DNA from: Escherichia phage HP3
Direction: 5' to 3' (one strand)
Length of the DNA stretch: 64,000 nt
Sequence record: NC_041919.1
The notes under the pieces: model-generated
Seen by the model: only the letters and a program-made list of their open reading frames with translations
Told to the model about the DNA's origin: nothing
Databases searched by the model: none
Position numbers and translations under genes: made by a program
In this document: positions 37,484 to 47,964 of the stretch, one piece after another
Numbering within the stretch: position 1 is the stretch's first letter
How the letters are laid out: each line of letters begins with the position of its first letter

Positions 37484-38224
37484 ATGATTAGTGACTCTAT
37501 GACAGTTGAAGAAATCCGTCTTCATTTGGGGCTTGCATTAAAAGAAAAAGATTTCGTAGTTGATAAAACTGGTGTTAAAACTATTGAAATTATTGGCGCA
37601 TCATTTGTAGCAGATGAACCGTTTATTTTTGGCGCTCTTAATGATGAATACATTCAGCGTGAACTTGAATGGTATAAATCTAAGAGTTTGTTTGTTAAAG
37701 ATATTCCAGGTGAAACACCAAAGATTTGGCAGCAGGTAGCATCTTCTAAAGGCGAAATTAACTCGAATTATGGTTGGGCTATTTGGTCAGAAGATAACTA
37801 TGCCCAGTATGATATGTGTTTAGCTGAACTTGGTCAAAATCCTGATTCTCGACGTGGTATCATGATTTATACTCGTCCATCTATGCAGTTTGACTACAAT
37901 AAAGATGGTATGTCAGATTTCATGTGTACTAATACAGTACAGTACTTGATTCGTGATAAGAAAGTCAATGCGGTAGTAAGCATGCGCTCAAATGACGTGG
38001 TCTTCGGATTCCGTAATGATTATGCATGGCAAAAATACGTATTAGATAAATTAGTATCTGATTTGAATGCAGGCGATTCAACTCGTCAGTATAAAGCAGG
38101 TTCTATTATATGGAATGTTGGAAGTCTTCATGTATATTCTCGTCATTTTTATTTGGTTGATCATTGGTGGAATACTGGCGAAACTCATATTGTGAAAAAA
38201 GACTATAAAGGTGAGTGGAAATGA
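37484..38224 (+). CDS. 42: dCMP hydroxymethylase gp42 (246 aa)
   Basis: 246 aa; thymidylate-synthase-like fold position; synteny. Confidence 0.9.
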   Translation: MISDSMTVEEIRLHLGLALKEKDFVVDKTGVKTIEIIGASFVADEPFIFGALNDEYIQRELEWYKSKSLFVKDIPGETPKIWQQVASSKGEINSNYGWAIWSEDNYAQYDMCLAELGQNPDSRRGIMIYTRPSMQFDYNKDGMSDFMCTNTVQYLIRDKKVNAVVSMRSNDVVFGFRNDYAWQKYVLDKLVSDLNAGDSTRQYKAGSIIWNVGSLHVYSRHFYLVDHWWNTGETHIVKKDYKGEWK

Positions 38225-39063
38225 TTCAATTCGTAATTCCAAGTTATCAACGTGTCGGGGCAGTTTCTGCCCTTAATATGTTTCCGACTGATTATGAACC
38301 CCATATTGTGGTGCGTGAACACGAAGAAAAAGCTTATTATGATGCTTATGGGTCTAGAGCTAAAATTGTAACTATTCCTGATGATGTTAATGGAATTGCC
38401 GGTACTCGTAAAGCAATTACTGATATGTATGCAGGTCAACGAATCTGGATGATTGATGATGATACTACTATTCGTATGAGTTCAATACGAAAGAGAGACG
38501 ATAAACGGCGTGTAGATAAAATTAATCAATTAACTCGTGAACAGTTCTATGAATTAATTCAATACGTTGAAGATGCCATGGATTGCGGGTATTATCACGG
38601 TCATGCTCGTCTACCAATTTTTAAAATTACTTCATCTTGGGGCAATTATCGTGAAAACTCATATGGATTCACGAATACATGGTATGACCTCGGAAAACTT
38701 ACGACAGAACAAATTGGGTATGGAAAAATTGATTTATGCGAAGATATGTATGCATTTCTCAATTTAATTAATCAAGGTTATCCGCATTTGGCCTTGTTCA
38801 AATATCTAGTTGTATCTGGAAAATCACACGCTCCCGGTGGGTGTAGTTCAATTCGTAGTAATTCTAAACATAATAGAGCGCTTGAGCAAATCAATAGAGA
38901 GTTTCCAGAGCAAGCTCGTTGGAAAACATCGAATATTGAAAAACGAAAATCGTTGGGTGAAGAAGACGAGCCATTAAAGGTTCTTCGCATGTGTGTTTCG
39001 CGTAAAGAAAAATCAGAAGCATTTCATAAGTTTAATGCTATTCATCCAATAGCAGTTGATTAA
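38215..39063 (+). CDS. GT-A-type glycosyltransferase at the beta-gt locus (282 aa)
   Basis: DxD motif IWMIDDDTT; not the 351-aa T4 beta-gt; may correspond to the beta-alpha-glucosyltransferase of T2/T6-type phages. Confidence 0.55.
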   Translation: MEMIQFVIPSYQRVGAVSALNMFPTDYEPHIVVREHEEKAYYDAYGSRAKIVTIPDDVNGIAGTRKAITDMYAGQRIWMIDDDTTIRMSSIRKRDDKRRVDKINQLTREQFYELIQYVEDAMDCGYYHGHARLPIFKITSSWGNYRENSYGFTNTWYDLGKLTTEQIGYGKIDLCEDMYAFLNLINQGYPHLALFKYLVVSGKSHAPGGCSSIRSNSKHNRALEQINREFPEQARWKTSNIEKRKSLGEEDEPLKVLRMCVSRKEKSEAFHKFNAIHPIAVD

Positions 39064-39140
39064 TGCCTAAATTTATTGTGTTATAATTACTATATCTTTA
39101 ACCAGTGAGGAAAATATAATGATGCCTATGGAAAAAATGA

Positions 39141-40322
39141 ATGTCTATTGCAGATTTAAAATCCCGTTTGATTAAAGCTTCCACTTCTAAAATGACTGCT
39201 GAACTGACTACATCTAAATTCTTTAATGAAAAGGATGTAATTCGTACAAAAATTCCAATGCTTAATATCGCTATTTCTGGTGCGATTGATGGCGGTATGC
39301 AGTCTGGTTTAACTATTTTTGCAGGGCCTTCTAAACACTTTAAATCAAATATGTCTTTGACTATGGTTGCGGCATATTTGAACAAATATCCTGACGCGGT
39401 TTGTCTATTCTATGATAGCGAATTTGGTATTACTCCAGCTTATTTGCGATCCATGGGAGTTGACCCGGAACGTGTAATTCATACGCCAATTCAATCAGTT
39501 GAACAGCTGAAAATTGATATGGTGAATCAGCTTGAAGCTATTGAGCGTGGTGAAAAAGTTATTGTATTCATCGATTCAATTGGTAATATGGCTTCTAAGA
39601 AAGAAACTGAAGATGCCTTGAATGAAAAATCTGTGGCAGATATGACTCGTGCTAAATCACTGAAGTCATTATTCCGTATCGTTACTCCTTATTTTAGCAT
39701 TAAAAATATTCCATGCGTTGCGGTTAACCATACAATTGAAACAATTGAAATGTTTAGTAAAACCGTGATGACAGGTGGTACAGGCGTAATGTATTCGGCT
39801 GATACCGTATTCATTATCGGTAAGCGTCAGATTAAAGATGGTTCTGATCTTCAGGGGTATCAATTTGTTCTAAATGTAGAAAAATCTCGTACCGTTAAAG
39901 AAAAAAGTAAATTCTTTATTGATGTTAAATTTGACGGTGGTATCGATCCTTATTCTGGATTGTTAGATATGGCTCTAGAATTAGGATTTGTAGTAAAACC
40001 TAAGAATGGTTGGTATGCTCGTGAATTTCTTGACGAAGAAACCGGCGAGATGATTCGCGAAGAAAAATCTTGGCGTGCAAAAGATACTAACTGCACTACA
40101 TTCTGGGGTCCTTTATTTAAGCATCAACCATTCCGAGATGCTATTAAACGTGCTTATCAGTTAGGTGCTATTGATAGTAATGAAATTGTTGAAGCTGAAG
40201 TTGATGAATTGATTAACTCAAAGGTTGAAAAATTTAAATCTCCAGAAAGTAAAAGTAAATCAGCTGCTGATTTAGAAACTGACCTCGAACAGTTAAGTGA
40301 TATGGAAGAATTTAATGAATAA
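39141..40322 (+). CDS. uvsX: recombinase UvsX (393 aa)
   Basis: RecA-like Walker A GPSKHFKS; N-terminus MSIADLKSRLIKASTSK. Confidence 0.95.
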   Translation: MSIADLKSRLIKASTSKMTAELTTSKFFNEKDVIRTKIPMLNIAISGAIDGGMQSGLTIFAGPSKHFKSNMSLTMVAAYLNKYPDAVCLFYDSEFGITPAYLRSMGVDPERVIHTPIQSVEQLKIDMVNQLEAIERGEKVIVFIDSIGNMASKKETEDALNEKSVADMTRAKSLKSLFRIVTPYFSIKNIPCVAVNHTIETIEMFSKTVMTGGTGVMYSADTVFIIGKRQIKDGSDLQGYQFVLNVEKSRTVKEKSKFFIDVKFDGGIDPYSGLLDMALELGFVVKPKNGWYAREFLDEETGEMIREEKSWRAKDTNCTTFWGPLFKHQPFRDAIKRAYQLGAIDSNEIVEAEVDELINSKVEKFKSPESKSKSAADLETDLEQLSDMEEFNE

Positions 40323-40659
40323 AGATGATTTAGACTTAGATCTAGAAATTATCGATGAATCCCCCTCTTCGGAGGGGGAAGAAGAAAGAAAAGAACGTCT
40401 TTTTAATGAGTCTCTTAAGATAATTAAATCCGCTATGGAAAATGTTATCCAGGAGATTGTCATTAAACTAGAAGATGGTTCTACACACATTGTGTATGTG
40501 ACAAAATTAGATTGGGTTGATGGAAAAGTCGTAATGGACTTTGCTGTTCTTGACCAAGAAAGAAAAGCTGAGTTAGCTCCTCATGTAGAAAAATGTATTA
40601 CAATGCAACTACAAGATGCATTTAATAAAAGGTCAAAGAAAAAGTTTAAATTCTTTTAA
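40315..40659 (+). CDS. 40: gp40-like protein (114 aa)
   Basis: ATG 40315 overlapping uvsX end; position between uvsX and 41. Confidence 0.6.
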   Translation: MNKDDLDLDLEIIDESPSSEGEEERKERLFNESLKIIKSAMENVIQEIVIKLEDGSTHIVYVTKLDWVDGKVVMDFAVLDQERKAELAPHVEKCITMQLQDAFNKRSKKKFKFF

Positions 40660-40668
40660 GGAGTAAGT

Positions 40669-42096
40669 GTGGTAGAAATTATTCTTTCTCATCTCATATT
40701 TGATCAAGCTTATTTTTCAAAAGTTTGGCCATATATGGATTCAGAATATTTTGAAAGTGGTCCAGCTAAAAATACATTCAAATTAATTAAATCTCATGTC
40801 AATGAGTATCATAGCGTTCCATCTATTAATGCGTTAAATGTTGCATTAGAAAATAGTTCATTTACTGAAACAGAATATTCTGGTGTAAAAACACTTATTT
40901 CAAAACTGGCTGATTCTCCGGAAGACCACAGCTGGTTAGTAAAAGAAACAGAAAAATATGTTCAGCAAAGGGCGATGTTTAATGCTACGTCTAAAATAAT
41001 CGAAATTCAAACTAATGCTGAGCTTCCTCCGGAAAAACGAAATAAGAAAATGCCAGATGTAGGTGCTATTCCTGACATCATGCGCCAAGCATTATCAATT
41101 TCATTTGATAGCTACGTTGGTCATGATTGGATGGATGACTATGAAGCGCGTTGGCTATCTTATATGAATAAAGCTCGTAAGGTTCCATTTAAACTCAGAA
41201 TTCTAAACAAAATTACTAAAGGCGGAGCTGAAACTGGAACACTGAACGTTTTAATGGCTGGTGTTAACGTTGGTAAGTCATTAGGACTTTGTTCATTAGC
41301 AGCAGATTATTTGCAGCTTGGTCATAACGTTCTTTATATCTCCATGGAAATGGCAGAAGAAGTCTGTGCTAAACGTATTGATGCTAATATGCTTGATGTT
41401 TCTCTTGATGACATTGATGACGGGCATATTTCTTACGCTGAGTATAAAGGAAAAATGGAAAAATGGCGCGAGAAATCTACTCTCGGTCGTTTAATCGTTA
41501 AACAGTATCCTACTGGTGGAGCAGACGCTAATACATTTCGATCACTTTTAAACGAATTGAAGCTCAAGAAGAATTTTGTTCCAACAATCATTATTGTCGA
41601 CTATCTAGGTATTTGTAAATCTTGTCGCATCCGAGTTTATTCAGAAAATAGTTACACAACTGTTAAAGCTATTGCAGAGGAATTGCGTGCTCTGGCTGTT
41701 GAAACCGAAACTGTTCTTTGGACTGCAGCACAGGTTGGTAAACAAGCTTGGGATTCTTCTGATGTTAACATGAGTGATATCGCAGAATCTGCCGGTCTTC
41801 CAGCAACAGCTGATTTTATGCTTGCGGTCATTGAAACCGAGGAGTTAGCAGCTGCTGAACAACAACTTATTAAGCAAATCAAATCACGATATGGTGATAA
41901 GAATAAATGGAATAAGTTTTTGATGGGTGTTCAAAAAGGAAATCAGAAATGGGTAGAAATTGAACAAGATTCTACTCCAACTGAAGTGAGTGAGGTAGCA
42001 GGTTCACAACAGATACAAGCTGAGCAGAATCGCTATCAAAGAAACGAATCGACTCGAGCTCAGTTAGATGCTTTGGCAAATGAATTAAAATTTTAG
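40669..42096 (+). CDS. 41: replicative helicase gp41 (475 aa)
   Basis: Starts (GTG) MVEIILSHLIFDQAYF; Walker A GVNVGKS; 475 aa. Confidence 0.95.
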   Translation: MVEIILSHLIFDQAYFSKVWPYMDSEYFESGPAKNTFKLIKSHVNEYHSVPSINALNVALENSSFTETEYSGVKTLISKLADSPEDHSWLVKETEKYVQQRAMFNATSKIIEIQTNAELPPEKRNKKMPDVGAIPDIMRQALSISFDSYVGHDWMDDYEARWLSYMNKARKVPFKLRILNKITKGGAETGTLNVLMAGVNVGKSLGLCSLAADYLQLGHNVLYISMEMAEEVCAKRIDANMLDVSLDDIDDGHISYAEYKGKMEKWREKSTLGRLIVKQYPTGGADANTFRSLLNELKLKKNFVPTIIIVDYLGICKSCRIRVYSENSYTTVKAIAEELRALAVETETVLWTAAQVGKQAWDSSDVNMSDIAESAGLPATADFMLAVIETEELAAAEQQLIKQIKSRYGDKNKWNKFLMGVQKGNQKWVEIEQDSTPTEVSEVAGSQQIQAEQNRYQRNESTRAQLDALANELKF

Positions 42097-42133
42097 TTTA
42101 CAAGCTGACAAGACTATGGTATAGTAGTCTTGT
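42096..42133 (+). promoter_or_regulatory. early promoter embedded in inverted repeat (copy of 6532-6573)
   Basis: GTTTAC 42096-42101, TATAGT 42120-42125; arms ACAAGACTA / TAGTCTTGT. Confidence 0.6.
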
Positions 42134-42154
42134 TGGTTAAATGAGGAGATTGTT

Positions 42155-42337
42155 ATGGAATTGGTAAAGGTAGTTTTTATGGGGTGGTTTAAGAATGAAA
42201 GCATGTTTACTAAAGAGATCACAATGATGAAAGATGACGTTCAATGGGCTACTACTCAATATGCTGAAGTTAATAAAGCACTAGTTAAAGCTTTCATTGA
42301 TGACAAGAAGGTATGTGAAGTGGATTGCCGAGGATAA
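42155..42337 (+). CDS. dmd: Dmd antitoxin-like protein (60 aa)
   Basis: 60 aa directly downstream of gene 41 as T4 dmd. Confidence 0.75.
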   Translation: MELVKVVFMGWFKNESMFTKEITMMKDDVQWATTQYAEVNKALVKAFIDDKKVCEVDCRG

Positions 42338-42338
42338 T

Positions 42339-42596
42339 ATGCATATCGTTTTATTTAAACCTACTCCGTATAATGTCAGGAAAAATACTCAATTCAAAGC
42401 ACTTATTGCAGATACGTGGGAATTAGTATTAGATATTCCGGCAGAAGAAAGCCCTCCATTTGGTCGAGTGGAATTTATTAAGTTTGCTGTGCGCCCTACA
42501 AAGCGACAGATTCGTCAATGCAAAAGATACTTTCGTAAAATCGCCAAGTTAGAGAAACAGTTTGTAACATGTGATTACGCAAAAGTTTTAAAATAA
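42339..42596 (+). CDS. hypothetical protein (85 aa), 61.4 position
   Basis: ATG 42339 overlapping dmd stop. Confidence 0.5.
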   Translation: MHIVLFKPTPYNVRKNTQFKALIADTWELVLDIPAEESPPFGRVEFIKFAVRPTKRQIRQCKRYFRKIAKLEKQFVTCDYAKVLK

Positions 42597-42598
42597 CT

Positions 42599-42628
42599 GT
42601 TTACTTTTATTGGAAATTGAGATACTAT
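42599..42628 (+). promoter_or_regulatory. T4-type early promoter
   Basis: GTTTAC 42599-42604, TACTAT 42623-42628, then GAGGAG SD. Confidence 0.55.
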
Positions 42629-42656
42629 ATAAACATAAACTACTGAGGAGATTATC

Positions 42657-42950
42657 ATGAAAAAATTTATCTTTGCTGCAATTTTTGCTTTATCTTCTTG
42701 CGCTGCTCAGCCTGCTATGGCGGGTTATGACAAAGATTTGTGCGAATGGTCTATGACTGCGGATCAGACTGAAGTTGAAACTCAAATTGAAGCAGATATT
42801 ATGAATATCGTTGAACGTGATCGTCCTGAAATGAAAGCTGAAGTGCAAAAACAGCTTAAGTCTGGTGGTGTAATGCAGTATAATTATGTTCTGTATTGCG
42901 ATAAAAACTTTAATAATAAAAATATCATCGCTGAAGTGGTAGGTGAATAA
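42657..42950 (+). CDS. sp: periplasmic spackle protein Sp (97 aa)
   Basis: 97 aa with signal peptide MKKFIFAAIFALSSCAAQPAMA. Confidence 0.8.
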   Translation: MKKFIFAAIFALSSCAAQPAMAGYDKDLCEWSMTADQTEVETQIEADIMNIVERDRPEMKAEVQKQLKSGGVMQYNYVLYCDKNFNNKNIIAEVVGE

Positions 42951-43576
42951 TGCTTTATCAAATGCACAAGTGTAAAGACACGTACAAATATAAAGGTGCC
43001 CAGTGTTATATCATTAATCGTGAAAACGCAGGTCCAGGCCATTCGCATCAATCACGGTTTGTATTCGTTAAAAATAATGAAATTATAGCAGTTGCTAATT
43101 ATATGCTTGTGACCAATGATGTTAATCCGGTGCCTTTCACATATGACAATCTAATGGACTTGGCATATGATTATAATTGGTTTAATCATGACAATTTAGT
43201 TCATATTGAAGGCGTAGGATTTGACATCTCTTATTCTAGTTATTCGTTGTGCCCTATGAGCCGAGCTCATAAAGAGCCTGAATATTTTTCATTTCGTCGG
43301 CGTGTAGACTTTAAACGCAGTACAGAGTATGTCGGTGGAATCTTTGTTAAAGATAATCGAATTACTCGCATTATTTATCCTTTGGGCTTTGGTCAAAAAG
43401 ATATTGATGTTGATTTAGACTTTACTGAAAGCAGCATTAATCATATTGCTTCTGTGTATTTTGATATTGATCACAAAATTGTAATATGTGGATATGAATT
43501 ACCATCCGAAAAACAGTCTAAAGTAAATGTTTCTATTGATGACCAAATTTTTAATGCTTTTATGAATAGAGGTTAA
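42950..43576 (+). CDS. hypothetical protein (208 aa), 61.2 position
   Basis: Track ORF; synteny with T4 61.2. Confidence 0.6.
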   Translation: MLYQMHKCKDTYKYKGAQCYIINRENAGPGHSHQSRFVFVKNNEIIAVANYMLVTNDVNPVPFTYDNLMDLAYDYNWFNHDNLVHIEGVGFDISYSSYSLCPMSRAHKEPEYFSFRRRVDFKRSTEYVGGIFVKDNRITRIIYPLGFGQKDIDVDLDFTESSINHIASVYFDIDHKIVICGYELPSEKQSKVNVSIDDQIFNAFMNRG

Positions 43577-43577
43577 T

Positions 43578-43742
43578 ATGAAAACATTTAAAGAATTTAT
43601 TAAAGAAGATATGGTCGCTGGAGATTCAGGTGGTAATCCTGAAAATATCTCTACTGGAACAACATCAGGCGCTGTAGTAAATAAAGGTCCTGAACAGATT
43701 CCTAAAAAGAAAAAAGAGGAATCTAAAGAAAAAGAAGAGTAA
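43578..43742 (+). CDS. hypothetical small protein (54 aa), 61.1 position
   Basis: ATG 43578 to TAA 43740-43742 read from sequence; Lys/Glu-rich tail. Confidence 0.45.
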   Translation: MKTFKEFIKEDMVAGDSGGNPENISTGTTSGAVVNKGPEQIPKKKKEESKEKEE

Positions 43743-43744
43743 AA

Positions 43745-44773
43745 ATGTCATCAATACCTTGGATTGATAATGAGTTTGCGTATCGTGCATTAGCTCATTT
43801 ACCTAAATTCACACAAGTAAATAATAGTTCAACTTTTAAATTACGGTTTAGATGCCCAGTGTGTGGAGATTCAAAAACCGACCAAAATAAAGCCCGTGGA
43901 TGGTATTATGGTGATAATAATGAAGGAAATATTCATTGTTATAACTGTAACTATCATGCACCAATCGGAATATATTTAAAGGAGTTTGAACCTGATTTAT
44001 ATCGTGAGTATATCTTTGAAATAAGAAAAGAAAAAGGTAAAAGTCGTCCAGTAGAAAAACCTAAAGAACTTCCTAAACAACCTGAGAAGAAAATAATTAA
44101 ATCTCTTCCGTCATGCGTTAGATTAGATAAACTGGCGGAAGACCATCCAATTATAAAATATGTAAAAGCTCGTTGTATTCCAAATGATAAATGGAAATAT
44201 CTTTGGTTTACAACCGAATGGCCTAAATTAGTTAATAGCATAGCACCAGGAACATACAAAAAGGAAATTTCTGAGCCTCGTCTTGTTATTCCAATTTATA
44301 ATGCTAATGGAAAAGCTGAGTCTTTTCAAGGACGTGCATTAAAGAAAGATGCTCCTCAAAAATATATCACCATTAAAGCTTATCCTGAGGCAACAAAAAT
44401 ATATGGAGTCGAACGAGTTAAAGATGGTGATGTATATGTTCTAGAAGGACCTATAGATTCACTTTTTATTGAAAATGGTATAGCTATTACGGGTGGTCAA
44501 TTAGACCTAGAAGTTGTTCCATTTAAAGATAGACGAGTGTGGGTTTTAGATAATGAACCTCGTCACCCTGACACTATCAAACGAATGACTAAATTAGTTG
44601 ATGCAGGAGAAAGAGTTATGTTTTGGGATAAATCTCCCTGGAAATCAAAAGATGTTAATGATATGATTAGAAAGGAAGGTGCAACCCCTGAACAAATTAT
44701 GGAATATATGAAAAATAATATTGCCCAAGGGTTGATGGCTAAAATGCGGTTATCTAAATATGCCAAGATTTAA
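43745..44773 (+). CDS. 61: DNA primase gp61 (342 aa)
   Basis: Zinc-binding CPVCGDS...CYNC; 342 aa. Confidence 0.95.
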   Translation: MSSIPWIDNEFAYRALAHLPKFTQVNNSSTFKLRFRCPVCGDSKTDQNKARGWYYGDNNEGNIHCYNCNYHAPIGIYLKEFEPDLYREYIFEIRKEKGKSRPVEKPKELPKQPEKKIIKSLPSCVRLDKLAEDHPIIKYVKARCIPNDKWKYLWFTTEWPKLVNSIAPGTYKKEISEPRLVIPIYNANGKAESFQGRALKKDAPQKYITIKAYPEATKIYGVERVKDGDVYVLEGPIDSLFIENGIAITGGQLDLEVVPFKDRRVWVLDNEPRHPDTIKRMTKLVDAGERVMFWDKSPWKSKDVNDMIRKEGATPEQIMEYMKNNIAQGLMAKMRLSKYAKI

Positions 44774-44970
44774 ATTAACCCAACTAAAGCAAATGCTAGA
44801 TCTACGAATGTATCAAGAGTAATTACTGGAATATTAACACCATGAGCAATAGCAATTGGTGATAAAACAAAATTCCAGAGTAAAATTCCTACCATAGCAG
44901 AAATAGTAAAAGCTATACGTTTTTTATTACCTTTTATGGCATTAACAAGTGCCATTAATTTTTGTGCCAT
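44770..44970 (-). CDS. small membrane protein (66 aa), opposite strand
   Basis: Minus-strand ORF with AGGAGG SD (complement of 44975-44980) upstream of its ATG; hydrophobic segments; convergent with gene 61. Confidence 0.55.
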   Translation of the reverse strand: MAQKLMALVNAIKGNKKRIAFTISAMVGILLWNFVLSPIAIAHGVNIPVITLDTFVDLAFALVGLI

Positions 44971-45014
44971 ATGTCCTCCTTTAAATTAATATTTATCACA
45001 AATTTCATAAATTT

Positions 45015-45044
45015 GTTTACTTTCTCAGCTTGTTATGGTATTAT
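45015..45044 (+). promoter_or_regulatory. T4-type early promoter
   Basis: GTTTAC 45015-45020, TATTAT 45039-45044. Confidence 0.55.
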
Positions 45045-45069
45045 AAAATAAATTGCTGAGGATGATATA

Positions 45070-46409
<1,340 letters not shown>

Positions 46410-46469
46410 TTGCTTACATACTCAAATGATATAATTATTTAACTTATTAATGAATTGAAAGGAAAAATA

Positions 46470-46988
46470 ATGGCTTACTTTAACGAATGTAGTCAACTGA
46501 TCGAAGGCGCTGATAAAGCTCAAAATGAATACTGGGATATTCTCGGTGATGAAAAAGACCCGCTGCAAGTTATGCTTGATATGCAGAAATCTTTGCAGGT
46601 TCGTTTAGCTAAAGATAAACCTGAATATAACCGTCATCCTGATGATTTGGCTACTGCAGGCGAAGTTGTCGATTGGCTGCGTAATCAGAAAGATTACATT
46701 GATGATGAATTCCGCGAACTATTGACTTCTCTTGGTGGTATGAGCAATGGTGAAAAAGATGCATCTGCTGTATGGAAGCCTTGGAAGTCGCAGCATGGTG
46801 AACGTCGTGAAACTCTAATTACTGATTTGTCACCACAAGACCAATTGGAAATTAAATTCGAAATGATTGATATTCTTCATTTCGTTCTGAACATGTTCCA
46901 AGGTCTCGGTCTTACGGCTGAAGAAATCTTTAAACTTTATTATCTGAAAAATGCTGAAAACTTCGCTCGTCAAGACCGAGGTTATTAA
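46470..46988 (+). CDS. 56: dCTPase/dUTPase gp56 (172 aa)
   Basis: MAYFNECSQLIEG start resembling T4 gp56; ATG 46470 inside track ORF. Confidence 0.85.
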   Translation: MAYFNECSQLIEGADKAQNEYWDILGDEKDPLQVMLDMQKSLQVRLAKDKPEYNRHPDDLATAGEVVDWLRNQKDYIDDEFRELLTSLGGMSNGEKDASAVWKPWKSQHGERRETLITDLSPQDQLEIKFEMIDILHFVLNMFQGLGLTAEEIFKLYYLKNAENFARQDRGY

Positions 46989-47188
46989 TGGCTCGTTTAA
47001 ATAAACGCCAGCTTAAGAAAGCCCACAAGAAACGTATTGACCAGCTATTTAAAAATTATGACAAGGAGCTCACATACGAGCTCCTATCTAATCAGCTCCA
47101 CAAAGCTTACACAATTAAAACTGGACATATACAATTAGGTAAGGTGCATGAAGAAGCCTTAAAATTAATTATAGAGCATTCAAAATGA
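46988..47188 (+). CDS. basic small protein (66 aa)
   Basis: Track ORF. Confidence 0.5.
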   Translation: MARLNKRQLKKAHKKRIDQLFKNYDKELTYELLSNQLHKAYTIKTGHIQLGKVHEEALKLIIEHSK

Positions 47189-47212
47189 AATTTGATTTTT
47201 ATGCATGGCAAA

Positions 47213-47233
47213 AAGCCGGGAGACCGGCTTTTT
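47213..47233 (+). terminator. rho-independent terminator
   Basis: AAGCCGG-GAGA-CCGGCTT + TTT. Confidence 0.7.
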
Positions 47234-47372
47234 GAGCATTTGGTTCTGATGGATATAATATTAGAGCTCATTGGAAGTTTAATGCTCCAGCCGATTATTC
47301 TCCGGTAATTATTAACGGTGATGTTGTTATATTAACTAAAATTGGGTATTTTAACGTTCCGCAAGAATTTAT

Positions 47373-47380
47373 TATAAATA
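47373..47380 (+). promoter_or_regulatory. T4 late promoter TATAAATA for soc
   Basis: Exact TATAAATA about 30 nt upstream of soc ATG. Confidence 0.7.
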
Positions 47381-47409
47381 GTCATGTAATTTAAATAAAG
47401 GAGAATTAC

Positions 47410-47655
47410 ATGACTAGTACTCGCGGTTATGTTAATATTAAAACATTTGAGCAAAAATTAGATGGAAATAAGAAAATTGAAGGAAAGGAAATTTCTGTAG
47501 CTTTCCCTCTTTATTCTGACGTTCACAAAATTTCTGGCGCTCATTATCAGATATTCCCTTCAGAAAAAGCAGCATATTCTACAGTATATGAAGAAAATCA
47601 ACGTACTGAATGGATTACTGCAAACGAAGATTTGTGGAAAGTAACTGGTGAATAA
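47410..47655 (+). CDS. soc: small outer capsid protein Soc (81 aa)
   Basis: TSTRGYVNIKTFEQKLDGNKKIEGKEISVAFPLYSDVHKISGAHYQ matches T4 Soc as I recall it. Confidence 0.93.
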   Translation: MTSTRGYVNIKTFEQKLDGNKKIEGKEISVAFPLYSDVHKISGAHYQIFPSEKAAYSTVYEENQRTEWITANEDLWKVTGE

Positions 47656-47660
47656 ATTCA

Positions 47661-47685
47661 AGGACTCCTTCGGGAGTCCTTTTTT
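47661..47685 (+). terminator. rho-independent terminator
   Basis: AGGACTCC-TTCG-GGAGTCCT + TTTTT. Confidence 0.85.
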
Positions 47686-47695
47686 CATTTTACCG

Positions 47696-47725
47696 GTTTA
47701 CTTTCCAAAATGAGTATGGTATAAT
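47696..47725 (+). promoter_or_regulatory. T4-type early promoter (cassette shared with 5687-5749)
   Basis: GTTTAC 47696-47701, TATAAT 47720-47725. Confidence 0.6.
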
Positions 47726-47751
47726 AAAATTATCTTATAGAGGAGAGCACT

Positions 47752-47964
47752 ATGTTAAATCGCTGGATTAAACCAAATGAAGACCTCCAGAAGGTTCTTG
47801 ATAAAGCTATCTCTGATAAATGGGGTATGAAAAGCTGGGATTGTGATATCGTCACGCATTCATTCATGATGCATGCAGATGGTTCAGTCGAGTTCAATGC
47901 TGAAATGCGATACACTGATTGGGGTGGATTTCAAAGAGTCGAATTTCAAAGAGGCTTTTTGTAA
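47752..47964 (+). CDS. hypothetical protein (70 aa)
   Basis: Track ORF with GAGGAG SD. Confidence 0.5.
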   Translation: MLNRWIKPNEDLQKVLDKAISDKWGMKSWDCDIVTHSFMMHADGSVEFNAEMRYTDWGGFQRVEFQRGFL

